Positions 19,862 through 28,142 of a stretch of 64,000 bases of DNA are shown piece after piece. The stretch covers positions 1 to 64,000 of the forward strand of contig JBNKBE010000007.1 in NCBI GenBank assembly GCA_050287085.1, written 5' to 3'. A model generated the notes under the pieces. The model was given only the letters and a program-made list of their open reading frames with translations. It had not been told where the DNA came from and searched no databases. The stretch is from Polyangiaceae bacterium. Lineage in GTDB: Bacteria; Myxococcota_A; Polyangia; Polyangiales; Polyangiaceae. How positions within the stretch are numbered: position 1 is the first letter of the stretch; each line of letters begins with the position of its first letter. The position numbers were made by a program, and so were the translations under genes.

Positions 19862-20827
19862 ATGCCCGTTGCTGAAGAAGCGTTTCGCGAGGTGCTCGCT
19901 CACCCGCTTTCAACAAGTGACTTCCCCACCCTCGGAACCAAGTACGAAGGCAAGGTCAGGGACAACTACACCCAGGACGGCAAGCGTACCATCGTCGTGA
20001 CGGATCGCATCAGCGCCTTTGATCGCGTTCTCGGAACGCTGCCGCTCAAAGGGCAACTGCTCAATCACGTCGCCGCGTGGTGGTTCGATAAGACGCGGCA
20101 CATCGCGGACAACCATGTCCTCTCGGTCCCCGATCCCAACGTCATGGTCGCGGTGGAATGTCAACCTCTGCCCGTCGAGATGATCGTCCGTGCCTACCTC
20201 ACCGGAACAACGTCGACGAGTATCTGGGTTCACTACGAAAATGGCGCGCGCAGCTACTGCGGCCACGCCTTGCCCGACGGCATGACGAAGCATCAACGGC
20301 TGCCCCAAGTCCTGCTCACCCCGAGCACCAAAGCCGCCCATGGCGACCACGACGTTTCCGCCTCGCGCGACGAGATCCTGAAACTTACTGGGATGCCGGC
20401 CGCCGACTTCGACGCCGCCGCCTCCATGGCGCTGCAGCTCTTCGCTTTCGGCCAAGAGCTTTGCGCAAAGCGCGGACTCATTCTCGTGGATACCAAGTAC
20501 GAGTTCGGCAAGACCCCGGACGGCCGCATCGTGGTCATCGACGAAATTCATACGCCCGACTCCTCACGCTTCTGGTTCAGCAACAGCTACGCCGAGCGTT
20601 TGGCTGCCGGAGAGGCGCCCGAAAGCTTCGACAAGGAATACGTTCGTCGTTATCTGAAGGCACAAGGTTTCAGCGGCGACGGGCCTGTCCCGAACATACC
20701 CGACGACATCAAGATCGAGGCGATGCGCCGCTACATCGCAGCCGTCGAGCAAATCACAGGGGAGCCTTTCACTCCGAATCTGGAAGCGCCCGCTGCGCGC
20801 ATGAAACGCAACCTAGGCGTATCGTGA
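19862..20827 (+). CDS. purC: SAICAR synthetase
   Basis: 'YEGKVRD', 'TDRISAFD', 'TPSTKA', 'DTKYEFG', 'DEIHTPDSSRFW'. Confidence 0.97.
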   Translation: MPVAEEAFREVLAHPLSTSDFPTLGTKYEGKVRDNYTQDGKRTIVVTDRISAFDRVLGTLPLKGQLLNHVAAWWFDKTRHIADNHVLSVPDPNVMVAVECQPLPVEMIVRAYLTGTTSTSIWVHYENGARSYCGHALPDGMTKHQRLPQVLLTPSTKAAHGDHDVSASRDEILKLTGMPAADFDAAASMALQLFAFGQELCAKRGLILVDTKYEFGKTPDGRIVVIDEIHTPDSSRFWFSNSYAERLAAGEAPESFDKEYVRRYLKAQGFSGDGPVPNIPDDIKIEAMRRYIAAVEQITGEPFTPNLEAPAARMKRNLGVS

Positions 20828-21039
20828 ACCCTGAGCAGTTTGAGGCCTATGTGACCACGCGCTACCTCCTAGGCGCGCGGGGTCGGGAGCTCCTCTTCGG
20901 ACTCCCGCAGCGATGGCAGGGCTCACAAGCCCTGGTCGACGCGCTCATGTCCTCCGACCGCTCCATACGCGCGCGAGCGCTTCGCGCCCCGCTGCAGCGG
21001 CTGACCGCCGCGCTCGCCACGCGCACCCCCTTCCGCTGA
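20824..21039 (+). CDS. Small hypothetical protein (71 aa)
   Basis: GTG overlaps the purC stop (GTGA); ends 2 nt before the next ATG. Confidence 0.65.
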   Translation: MNPEQFEAYVTTRYLLGARGRELLFGLPQRWQGSQALVDALMSSDRSIRARALRAPLQRLTAALATRTPFR

Positions 21040-21041
21040 CC

Positions 21042-21680
21042 ATGCGCGCGCCAGCCCGGATCCTCCGCAACGCGCACGCGACCATCGCGACACCCAAGCC
21101 GCGTGCGCGAATCCAGCCCCGCGAGCTGGAAGCGGCACGCCGCGACGCTCAGCAGCTGCTGAGTGAGGCGCGGGCCAGCGCAGACGCCGTCCGTGCTACC
21201 GCCGAGGCGGAAGCGGCGGCCATTCGCGAGCAAGCCCGCACCCAAGGCCTCGCAGAAGGTCAGGCGCAAGCAGCAGCGGCCGCGATTGCTTTTGCACGCG
21301 CGGAGCGCGAAGCCGACGCCCGACGACTCGATCGCCTCTGCACGCTAGCTCGACTGCTCGCGGAACGTCTAGTGGGGCGCGAGCTCAGCACACAAGACGA
21401 TACGCTGGCCGCCATGGCCACGACCCTCCTGGACGAAGCCCGCGGCGTGCGCGCAGCAACGCTGCACTGTCATCCGTCTCAGCTCCCACTCCTGCACAAG
21501 CAGCTGCCGGCCAACCCTGAGCTCAGTCTGGCCCTGGAAGCGGACGTGACCCTCGCCCTCGGCGATCTGCGGCTTACCACCGATGTCGGCACGCTCGATG
21601 CGCGGCTCGGCCCTCGCCTGACACTGCTCGCCGACGCGCTGCGTGAACACCTCGGTCAAGACAGAGATGAGAAGCCATGA
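21042..21680 (+). CDS. FliH/SctL (HrpE/YscL)-family protein
   Basis: Ala-rich coiled coil with 'ARTQGLAEG'; C-terminal 'LHCHPSQ...GDLRLTTDVGTLDARL'. Confidence 0.75.
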   Translation: MRAPARILRNAHATIATPKPRARIQPRELEAARRDAQQLLSEARASADAVRATAEAEAAAIREQARTQGLAEGQAQAAAAAIAFARAEREADARRLDRLCTLARLLAERLVGRELSTQDDTLAAMATTLLDEARGVRAATLHCHPSQLPLLHKQLPANPELSLALEADVTLALGDLRLTTDVGTLDARLGPRLTLLADALREHLGQDRDEKP

Positions 21681-22648
21681 AACGCGCCTTCACACGAAGC
21701 CCATGGCTCAACCTGGCGCTCTTCGCATTGACCGTGTGGTCGACATTTGAAACGGCTCGCACACAGAGCCCGGAGGCTGACGCCTCGTGGGTCAGCGGCT
21801 GGACCTTCGCTCTACCCCTGCTCGCGATCCTACTCGCGCACGAGTTCGGCCACTATTTCGCGGCGCGCGCTCACGGCGTGCCCGCCTCGCTACCCTACTT
21901 CATTCCCGTCCCCTACACGCTGCTGGGCACCTTCGGCGCCATCATCTTCATGCCGCCCCGGATTCGGTCGCGGACCGCACTACTCGACATCGGCGCTGCC
22001 GGACCGCTTGCGGGGCTAGTGGTCGCGATCCCCGTCTTGTGGCTTGGCCTCACGCTCTCGCCGGTACTCCCACAGTCGCCTGACGGCTACCTGCAGGAGG
22101 GGCAGAGCCTCCTCTACGCGGGGCTCAAGTGGCTCGTCCACGGCTCGATACCCCCCGGCTACGATGTTCAGCTCCACCCCACTGCCTTTGCCGGCTGGGC
22201 TGGCCTGCTGGTGACACTGATCAACCTCGTCCCTTGGAGCCAGCTCGACGGCGGGCACATCGCCTACGCGCTGCTCGGGCCGCGCCAAGCCCGATTTGGA
22301 GTTTGGGCGCGACGTGCCATGCTGCTCGCCTTCGTCGGAAATGCGGTCCGTTTCCTGCTGCCCGTGGTGCAGGGCACAAGCGCCATGGCGTGGTGGGTTG
22401 CGCTGCTCAATTCGTCCTTCTGGCTGCAGTGGTGGGGGCTGACCTGGGTCTTGGGACGGGTCAGCGGCAGCGAGCACCCGCCCGTTCAGCCCGGCCCCCT
22501 GCCTCCCGGGCGCCAAGCGATAGCCTGGCTGTGCCTCGCCCTGCTCGTTCTGTTGGCCATGCCAACGCCGCTCGCCGAATACCCGCCAGAGCCGCTAGCG
22601 AAACTTGCTGCGCAGAGCGATCTCGACGCAGCTGGGCACGTACGCTGA
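21677..22648 (+). CDS. Site-2 protease (M50 intramembrane metalloprotease)
   Basis: HEFGH, 'DIGAAGPLAG', 'NLVPWSQLDGGH'. Confidence 0.93.
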   Translation: MKRAFTRSPWLNLALFALTVWSTFETARTQSPEADASWVSGWTFALPLLAILLAHEFGHYFAARAHGVPASLPYFIPVPYTLLGTFGAIIFMPPRIRSRTALLDIGAAGPLAGLVVAIPVLWLGLTLSPVLPQSPDGYLQEGQSLLYAGLKWLVHGSIPPGYDVQLHPTAFAGWAGLLVTLINLVPWSQLDGGHIAYALLGPRQARFGVWARRAMLLAFVGNAVRFLLPVVQGTSAMAWWVALLNSSFWLQWWGLTWVLGRVSGSEHPPVQPGPLPPGRQAIAWLCLALLVLLAMPTPLAEYPPEPLAKLAAQSDLDAAGHVR

Positions 22649-23074
22649 GACACGTCCCCCGTGGCGCGCGATTTCTCGCACGAGCGAGGCTGACACGAAG
22701 CCGTGCCGCGTCCTGGTCGGCAGAAAGACCGAGTCCACCTCAGGAGCCATGTCCGCGTTCGCGTGCGCGATCTGCAACTCGTACTCAAAGTCTGTTTGGG
22801 CGCGCAAACCCCGAACGATGATGCGCGCCCGCTGCGCACGAGCGTAGTCGACAAGCAGGCCCGAAAACGAGTCTACACTCACGTTCTTGAAGGGCGCACA
22901 CGCCTCACGGAGCAGCGCCATACGCTCCTCCTGCGTGAACAGCGGGGTCCGCGTCGGGTGGATACCAACCGCGACGATGACCTCGTCAAACAGCGTCGCG
23001 GCGCGCTCCACCAGGTCCAAGTGTCCGGACGTCGGCGGGTCGAAGCTTCCAGGATAGATGGCTTTGCCGCTCAC
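22595..23074 (-). CDS. coaD: Phosphopantetheine adenylyltransferase
   Basis: 'AIYPGSFDPPTSGHLD', 'VRGLR', 'DFEYE'. Confidence 0.97.
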   Translation of the reverse strand: MSGKAIYPGSFDPPTSGHLDLVERAATLFDEVIVAVGIHPTRTPLFTQEERMALLREACAPFKNVSVDSFSGLLVDYARAQRARIIVRGLRAQTDFEYELQIAHANADMAPEVDSVFLPTRTRHGFVSASLVREIARHGGRVSAYVPSCVEIALRSKFR

Positions 23075-23180
23075 TTCAGCTCCTCACTCACACGCTCTAC
23101 AACAAGACCGGCGCACGCCGGCGTGCCGCTGACCTTAGTCAACACGGGGCACACTCGCCAGCTCACGGTCGCCTGCGACC

Positions 23181-23219
23181 AGAAACACAGAAGGCGCCCA
23201 CCTGCCTAGGCGGACGCCT
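23181..23219 (-). terminator. Probable intrinsic terminator of the histone H1-like gene
   Basis: 12-bp stem AGGCGUCCGCCU/AGGUGGGCGCCU with G-U pairs on the minus strand, followed by UCUGUGUUUCU. Confidence 0.6.
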
Positions 23220-23317
23220 CTCCTTGCATTCGCAAGAGTGTGATTCTCAACCCATCAGCCCTTGGGCAACGACGGAATCCATCCGTTCTTATGGGGAGAA
23301 CGTCTGTTGTACCAGCC

Positions 23318-23536
23318 TTACGCCGGAACGACGGCCTTCTTGACGGCTCGCTTTTTCGAAGTCTTCTTCTTGGATGCCTTCTTGGATGCCTTCTTTGCGG
23401 CCTTCTTCGAAGCCTTCTTCTTAGAAGCCTTCTTGGAAACCTTCTTCTTGGAGGTCTTCTTGGAGACCTTCTTCTTCGAGGTCTTCTTAGAGACCTTCTT
23501 CTTGGATGCCTTCTTGGATGCCTTCTTTGCGGCCAT
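23318..23536 (-). CDS. Lysine-rich histone H1-like nucleoid protein (72 aa)
   Basis: MAAKKASKKASKKKVSKK... repeats; AGGAGG RBS; TTGACA at 23634-23629 upstream. Confidence 0.85.
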   Translation of the reverse strand: MAAKKASKKASKKKVSKKTSKKKVSKKTSKKKVSKKASKKKASKKAAKKASKKASKKKTSKKRAVKKAVVPA

Positions 23537-23798
23537 GGTGTTTGCCTCCTGCGAACCTCGGCGCCAGCACGATTCGTTCACCTATACCGAGGTATGTTGC
23601 AAGGCGTATATTGCCACCTATTGCGATGTGTCAAAGAAAAATGTGCAATGGTCCCTCTCCAAGGGCCAACTTCATCGCACTCTGACTCCGCACAGATTGC
23701 ATACTGGCCACCTGCGCCGTATTACGGCCGGCCGTCGCGCGAACTTTCCTGCCAATCTGACGAGTGTTCGGCCGCCTGTTCTTAAAGGGCGGAAATCA

Positions 23799-23827
23799 TT
23801 GACGCTTTCCCTCAGCCCTCGCACAAT
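23799..23827 (+). promoter_or_regulatory. sigma70-type promoter of the OmpA/MotB gene
   Basis: TTGACG-N17-CACAAT. Confidence 0.55.
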
Positions 23828-23869
23828 CCACCAGATCTTCGAAGGGCGGCCGCCAAGGGCTGCGGAAGG

Positions 23870-24709
23870 GTGAAAAGTATGCAGAAGCGAATCTTCAATT
23901 TCGGCCGCGTGCCCGGACAAGTGGTGACCGGCGCCCTTGCATTGACGCTCACGGCCTGTGGCTACTCGCAGGAAGAGTGGGACCAGAAGCTCCGCGAGAT
24001 CGATACCCTCACGCAACAGCTCCGCGCCCAACAGCAGCAGAGTCAGAAGGCCGAGGCGGATCACCGTGCAGCGCTATCTGAAATCCAGGAACTGAAAAAG
24101 AAGCTGCTCGAACGCGGTGTTAACCTGGATAACCTCACGCAGAACCTCGAAGAACAGAAGCGCGCCCTGAAAGAGTACGAGGCCCGCGCCAACCAGCTGG
24201 AGCAGATTAGGAAGCGTTTCGAGCTTCTGCGCACGAAGTTGGAGAAGCTCACCGAGCTCGGCCTGAGCGTGGAAGTACGTGACAACCGCATGCTCATTCA
24301 GCTGCCCGGCGACGTCCTATTCGACTCTGGCAAAGACAAGTTGACCGACGAGGGTCAGGCCATCCTTGCCCAAGTAGCGCGTATCATCCGGGAAGATGAA
24401 GATCTCCTGCGCCGCGAATTTCAAGTTGCTGGCCATACCGACAACGTGCCCCTCAAGCGCGGCCCGTACAGGGACAACTGGGGACTGTCGGCGATGCGCG
24501 CCCGCAGCGTCTTGGTCTACCTCGTATCCCAAGACGAAGAAGGTGGCATGTTGCCAGAGGAAAACTGGAGTGCTTCCGGGTATGGCTCAACCGACCCTGT
24601 CGCCAACAACGACACGGAAGAGGGACGTGCCCGAAACCGCAGAGTGGAGCTCGTGGTTCTCCCAAACGTCGAGGAAATGCTGAATCTCAACAGCCTCGCC
24701 AACAAGTAG
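23870..24709 (+). CDS. OmpA/MotB-family peptidoglycan-binding lipoprotein with a long coiled coil
   Basis: Lipobox LTAC; 'LPGDVLFDSG', 'GHTDN', 'NWGLSAMRA', 'NRRVE'. Confidence 0.9.
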   Translation: MKSMQKRIFNFGRVPGQVVTGALALTLTACGYSQEEWDQKLREIDTLTQQLRAQQQQSQKAEADHRAALSEIQELKKKLLERGVNLDNLTQNLEEQKRALKEYEARANQLEQIRKRFELLRTKLEKLTELGLSVEVRDNRMLIQLPGDVLFDSGKDKLTDEGQAILAQVARIIREDEDLLRREFQVAGHTDNVPLKRGPYRDNWGLSAMRARSVLVYLVSQDEEGGMLPEENWSASGYGSTDPVANNDTEEGRARNRRVELVVLPNVEEMLNLNSLANK

Positions 24710-24755
24710 CGCTGCCCGCGACGAGCTCTTGCCCCCATAGGCCCATTGGCCGCAA

Positions 24756-24784
24756 TTGACAACGGCGTCGATTCCGACTAAGGT
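24756..24784 (+). promoter_or_regulatory. Consensus sigma70 promoter
   Basis: TTGACA-N17-TAAGGT; the next convincing gene starts about 930 nt downstream. Confidence 0.7.
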
Positions 24785-24790
24785 TTCGCC

Positions 24791-25700
24791 CCTGGCCGGT
24801 TTTGCGTCAGCAAGAACCAGCCGGGTTCCCATTTTACCTATTTCGGTCAACCCGACGACTGTCACATCTCCCCGAAAGGCGGTCTCTTGCTTCGTGCGGG
24901 AGCTGCAGCGGCTGGACTCTTCAATTCATCGAGATCCACTGATTGGAGCATTTCAATCTGCGCTTCTCACGACTGCGGCGTCGGCCTTTCGGAGTACCAT
25001 GAGAGCGGTCGGCATCGACCGAGGGGAAGCCGAACAAGCGAGAACTAGTCAGTCGATGGCAGCAAGAGCTGCGAGCCGCAATCTGAAACGCGCCGCCTCG
25101 GGGGCAAGACAGAATCGGACAAGAAGAGACCCGCTCGGTGGCTAGGCCCGCCGCCACTGGAAGCGCTCCGAGAGAACAAAGCTCCACGACAGGATACATC
25201 AAATTGGTCAGCTCTAAGCCGTGCAGCGGCACACAACACCGTGTGCAGAGGAACGCGTCTGGCCCCCACTGTCAACCCATTGAATTTGCAACAGGCCACT
25301 TTTGATACCCGTCCAGCGACTACCCGCCCAGCCTCGGGGCGGAGCAACGCTCGGGTTCGGCGCAACTCGCCGATGCACGGCTCCCTTGGACGGTGGTCGG
25401 CGGATCGGGGTATCGGCTCGCGTCAGGAGCTGCAGAGTCGGCTGCACGCGCACGGCTGCCGGAGCGCACGCCGAGCAACGATCGGTGAAACTCACTCAAT
25501 CAGGAATATTTCTCGGCCGTCGCCGGTTCACTTCGGGTCACGACCAGGACCGTCCGGCGATAGCTGATCACGACACGGCTTCACGAAGTCAGAGCTCGGC
25601 GATTTCGTCGACGCGCTCTACGGAGTGAACACTGGCGTCCGCGACCTCTAGGTCGTCGATACGCCAGAGAAGCCGCCCCAAACAACGGGCGGCAGATGAA
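24791..25700 (+). ncRNA. Candidate large structured RNA or long 5' leader of cdnL
   Basis: No convincing ORF; many local and long-range helices whose G-U pairs favour the + strand; family not recognised. Confidence 0.45.
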
Positions 25701-25715
25701 ACTAAGGAGTATAGC

Positions 25716-26222
25716 ATGCAAGCAAGCGTAGAAAACGAGTTCAAGGTCGGTGACAAGGCCGTCTACCCCGCTCAGGGCGTCGCGGAAGTCATCAGCATTG
25801 ATGAGAAGGACATCGCTGGCTCGCGGCAACGCTTCTACGTACTTCGCATCCTCGATACCGATCGCAAGATCATGGTGCCCGTCTCCAACGCCAACGCCGT
25901 TGGCTTGCGGCAGGTGATCAGCGAGCAGGAGATCCGCGAGATCTTCGACATTCTTAAGGAGCGAACGATCGGCTTCGATACGCAGACTTGGAATCGTCGC
26001 TATCGCGGCTTCATGGACAAGATCAAAACTGGTTCGATCTACGATGTCGCCGAGGTCTTGCGCGATCTCTACCGGCTCAAGACGAACAAGCAGCTTTCAT
26101 TCGGCGAGCGCCGCATGCTCGACACAGCTCGGAGCCTGATCATCAAGGAGATCGCCATCGCTCGCGAGCAAACCGAAGAGCAGGTGCGGGAGGAAATCGA
26201 GGCCCTCTTCTTCTCGAATTGA
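25716..26222 (+). CDS. cdnL: CarD/CdnL-family RNA polymerase-binding transcription factor
   Basis: 'FKVGDKAVYPAQGV', 'TWNRRYR', 'LSFGERRML'; no HMGA/H1 tail; TAAGGAG RBS. Confidence 0.93.
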   Translation: MQASVENEFKVGDKAVYPAQGVAEVISIDEKDIAGSRQRFYVLRILDTDRKIMVPVSNANAVGLRQVISEQEIREIFDILKERTIGFDTQTWNRRYRGFMDKIKTGSIYDVAEVLRDLYRLKTNKQLSFGERRMLDTARSLIIKEIAIAREQTEEQVREEIEALFFSN

Positions 26223-26404
26223 GCAGGCAATAGCGCCAGCCGATATCCGATGAGCCGCGACGAAAGCGGCTCCTGCGCTTGGCGTTCGCGACTCAGATCG
26301 GAACGACGTCCGGGCCGTCTCGCCCGCCAAGGACCCTGAACCGGCCTGACGGATGCGACGATCTCACTTCCCTGTAGGCGAGTCGATTTGCTATCTCGGC
26401 GAGT

Positions 26405-26489
26405 GGAGGCGTGGCCGAGTGGTCGAAGGCAGCGGTTTTGAAAACCGCCGTAGGGTCACCTACCAGGGGTTCGAATCCCTTCGCCTCCG
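26405..26489 (+). tRNA. tRNA-Ser(TGA)
   Basis: Acceptor GGAGGCG/CGCCTCC; anticodon arm GCGGT-ttTGAaa-ACCGC; long variable arm; GGTTCGAATCC; CCA not encoded. Confidence 0.97.
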
Positions 26490-26491
26490 CT

Positions 26492-26518
26492 AAAGCCATC
26501 CCAGACGGGATGGCTTTT
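26492..26518 (+). terminator. Intrinsic terminator after tRNA-Ser
   Basis: AAAGCCATCCC-agac-GGGATGGCTTTT. Confidence 0.8.
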
Positions 26519-26885
26519 GCGTTGGCCAAGAATTCGGCGCAAACGCTCGGTTTCTCCTCGCTTCTTGGGGCCAATCCCTTCGCATCCGCAAGCGGCGTCG
26601 AAGGACCTCGGGACAAGCCCGCGCTGCTGCCGCAGCTTGGTTCTTGACACGAAGCCCCGAACGACTTGCCTGGGCCGGGCTCCGCTTTGCAGTCCGCTCG
26701 AAAACGGGGGAGATCCGCGCTCGTGAGCAGCCGGCGTCCACCGCGATCGCGCCAGGGCAGCAGCTCCCACTCGCCAGACAACTGATCGTTCACTCAGTTC
26801 CGACCGGCGGAAGCGCGCTGCAACGCCCCTGCCATTGGACAAGCGCCCGCAATCCTACTAGCGTGCCGCCTGAATACGGAGCGTC

Positions 26886-27125
26886 ATGGCACGAGTTACT
26901 GTTGAAGATTGTCTGGAGATTGAAGAGAACCGCTTTGCACTTGTGGTGCTGGCGGCACGCCGAACCCGACAGCTGATGAAGGGCAACGAAGTTCTCGTCA
27001 AATCGTCCAACAAGTTCGCCGTGTCAGCGCTGCGCGAGATCGCATCGGGAAAGGTCCACTTCCACCGCGACAGCACGGACGTCGTGCGCGAGTGGCTGGA
27101 CGAGCGCGACATTTCGCTGCGCTGA
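26886..27125 (+). CDS. rpoZ: RNA polymerase omega subunit
   Basis: '[32 protein letters not shown]'; GGAG RBS. Confidence 0.97.
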   Translation: MARVTVEDCLEIEENRFALVVLAARRTRQLMKGNEVLVKSSNKFAVSALREIASGKVHFHRDSTDVVREWLDERDISLR

Positions 27126-27289
27126 AACTCCGAAAAGCCCGCTGCTGGAAACCACCGCCGCTTGTCCAACTTCGGCAACGCCGCACGGATCTGCTATCAG
27201 GTCAGAAAGCCCTGTGACGCTGCGTTGGCGCTGGACGACGTGGCCTGTCACTTGCTCGCGTTCGGTCTAGGGCGCCAGGGGGGTGCACC

Positions 27290-28105
27290 ATAGCCCAGCA
27301 GCTCGACGTTGGCGCGGTTGAGCTCTACCAACAAGCGACGTACTACGACGCAGAGTTCGACGACCGGAGCGACGACATTGCGTTCTATCAGGACGCCCAG
27401 CGCCGATTTGGTGCCAAGCGCATCCTAGAGCTAGGGGTTGGAAGTGGACGCATCGCCATTCCGTTGGCTCGGCAAGGCGCAACGGTTGTGGGCGTCGACA
27501 CCTCGTCGGCAATGCTTGCAAGCTTGCACAAGCGACTCGCGTCGCCGGACGGGGGCGCAGCCAAGCACCTGACAGCGGTCTGTGCTGACATGCGCAATGT
27601 CCGACTCGACCAGCGCTTCGACCTTGTGCTTGCAACCTTCAACACCGTCCTCCACCTCTACACACGTGGCGACATGGAGGCCTTCCTGCGCACGGCCCGT
27701 GACCACCTCGAGCCAGACGGCGCGTTGATCTTCGACTTCTCGGCGCCCCGGATGGAGGATCTGGCACTCTGTCCCGACGAGTGGCTACCCGCAGGATCCG
27801 CGGTGCCCCCGGGCGGGACCCGCGCCGTACCGTACAGCGAGCGCTTTCGCTACGAGCGCCACACTCAGATCCTGCGGATGGACCTGCGCTTTGATACCGG
27901 CGGCTCGGGCACATGCTTACAGCTTTCCCACCGCCAATACTTCCCCCAGGAGATGGAGGCCCTGCTGCACTACAACGGCTTTCCGACGCAGCGCTGGTAC
28001 GCAGACTTCGACTGGCAACCCGCAAGCCCGCAAGCCGACAGTCTTTGCCTTATTGCGGGACGCGCAGGGCCGTTAAAATGGCCGGACCTGCCGCCTGGGG
28101 CTTGA
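27290..28105 (+). CDS. Class I SAM-dependent methyltransferase (non-canonical or uncertain start)
   Basis: Motif I 'ILELGVGSGR' lies in frame upstream of the track start 27464; 'GVDTSSAML', 'ADMR', 'FDLV'. Confidence 0.85.
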   Translation: MAQQLDVGAVELYQQATYYDAEFDDRSDDIAFYQDAQRRFGAKRILELGVGSGRIAIPLARQGATVVGVDTSSAMLASLHKRLASPDGGAAKHLTAVCADMRNVRLDQRFDLVLATFNTVLHLYTRGDMEAFLRTARDHLEPDGALIFDFSAPRMEDLALCPDEWLPAGSAVPPGGTRAVPYSERFRYERHTQILRMDLRFDTGGSGTCLQLSHRQYFPQEMEALLHYNGFPTQRWYADFDWQPASPQADSLCLIAGRAGPLKWPDLPPGA

Positions 28106-28142
28106 AGTGTCCAAACTCAGTCCTTAGCTTGCACCGGTACTC

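Noticed and set aside
23240..23873. Plus-strand ORFs with FFLE or LLG repeats
   Set aside because: Antisense shadows of the Lys-rich gene, which has the RBS and terminator
24791..25715. tmRNA, RNase P, SRP or group II intron identity for the structured region
   Set aside because: No tRNA-like ends or tag peptide, no GAGGAAAGTC, no SRP loop motif, no domain V
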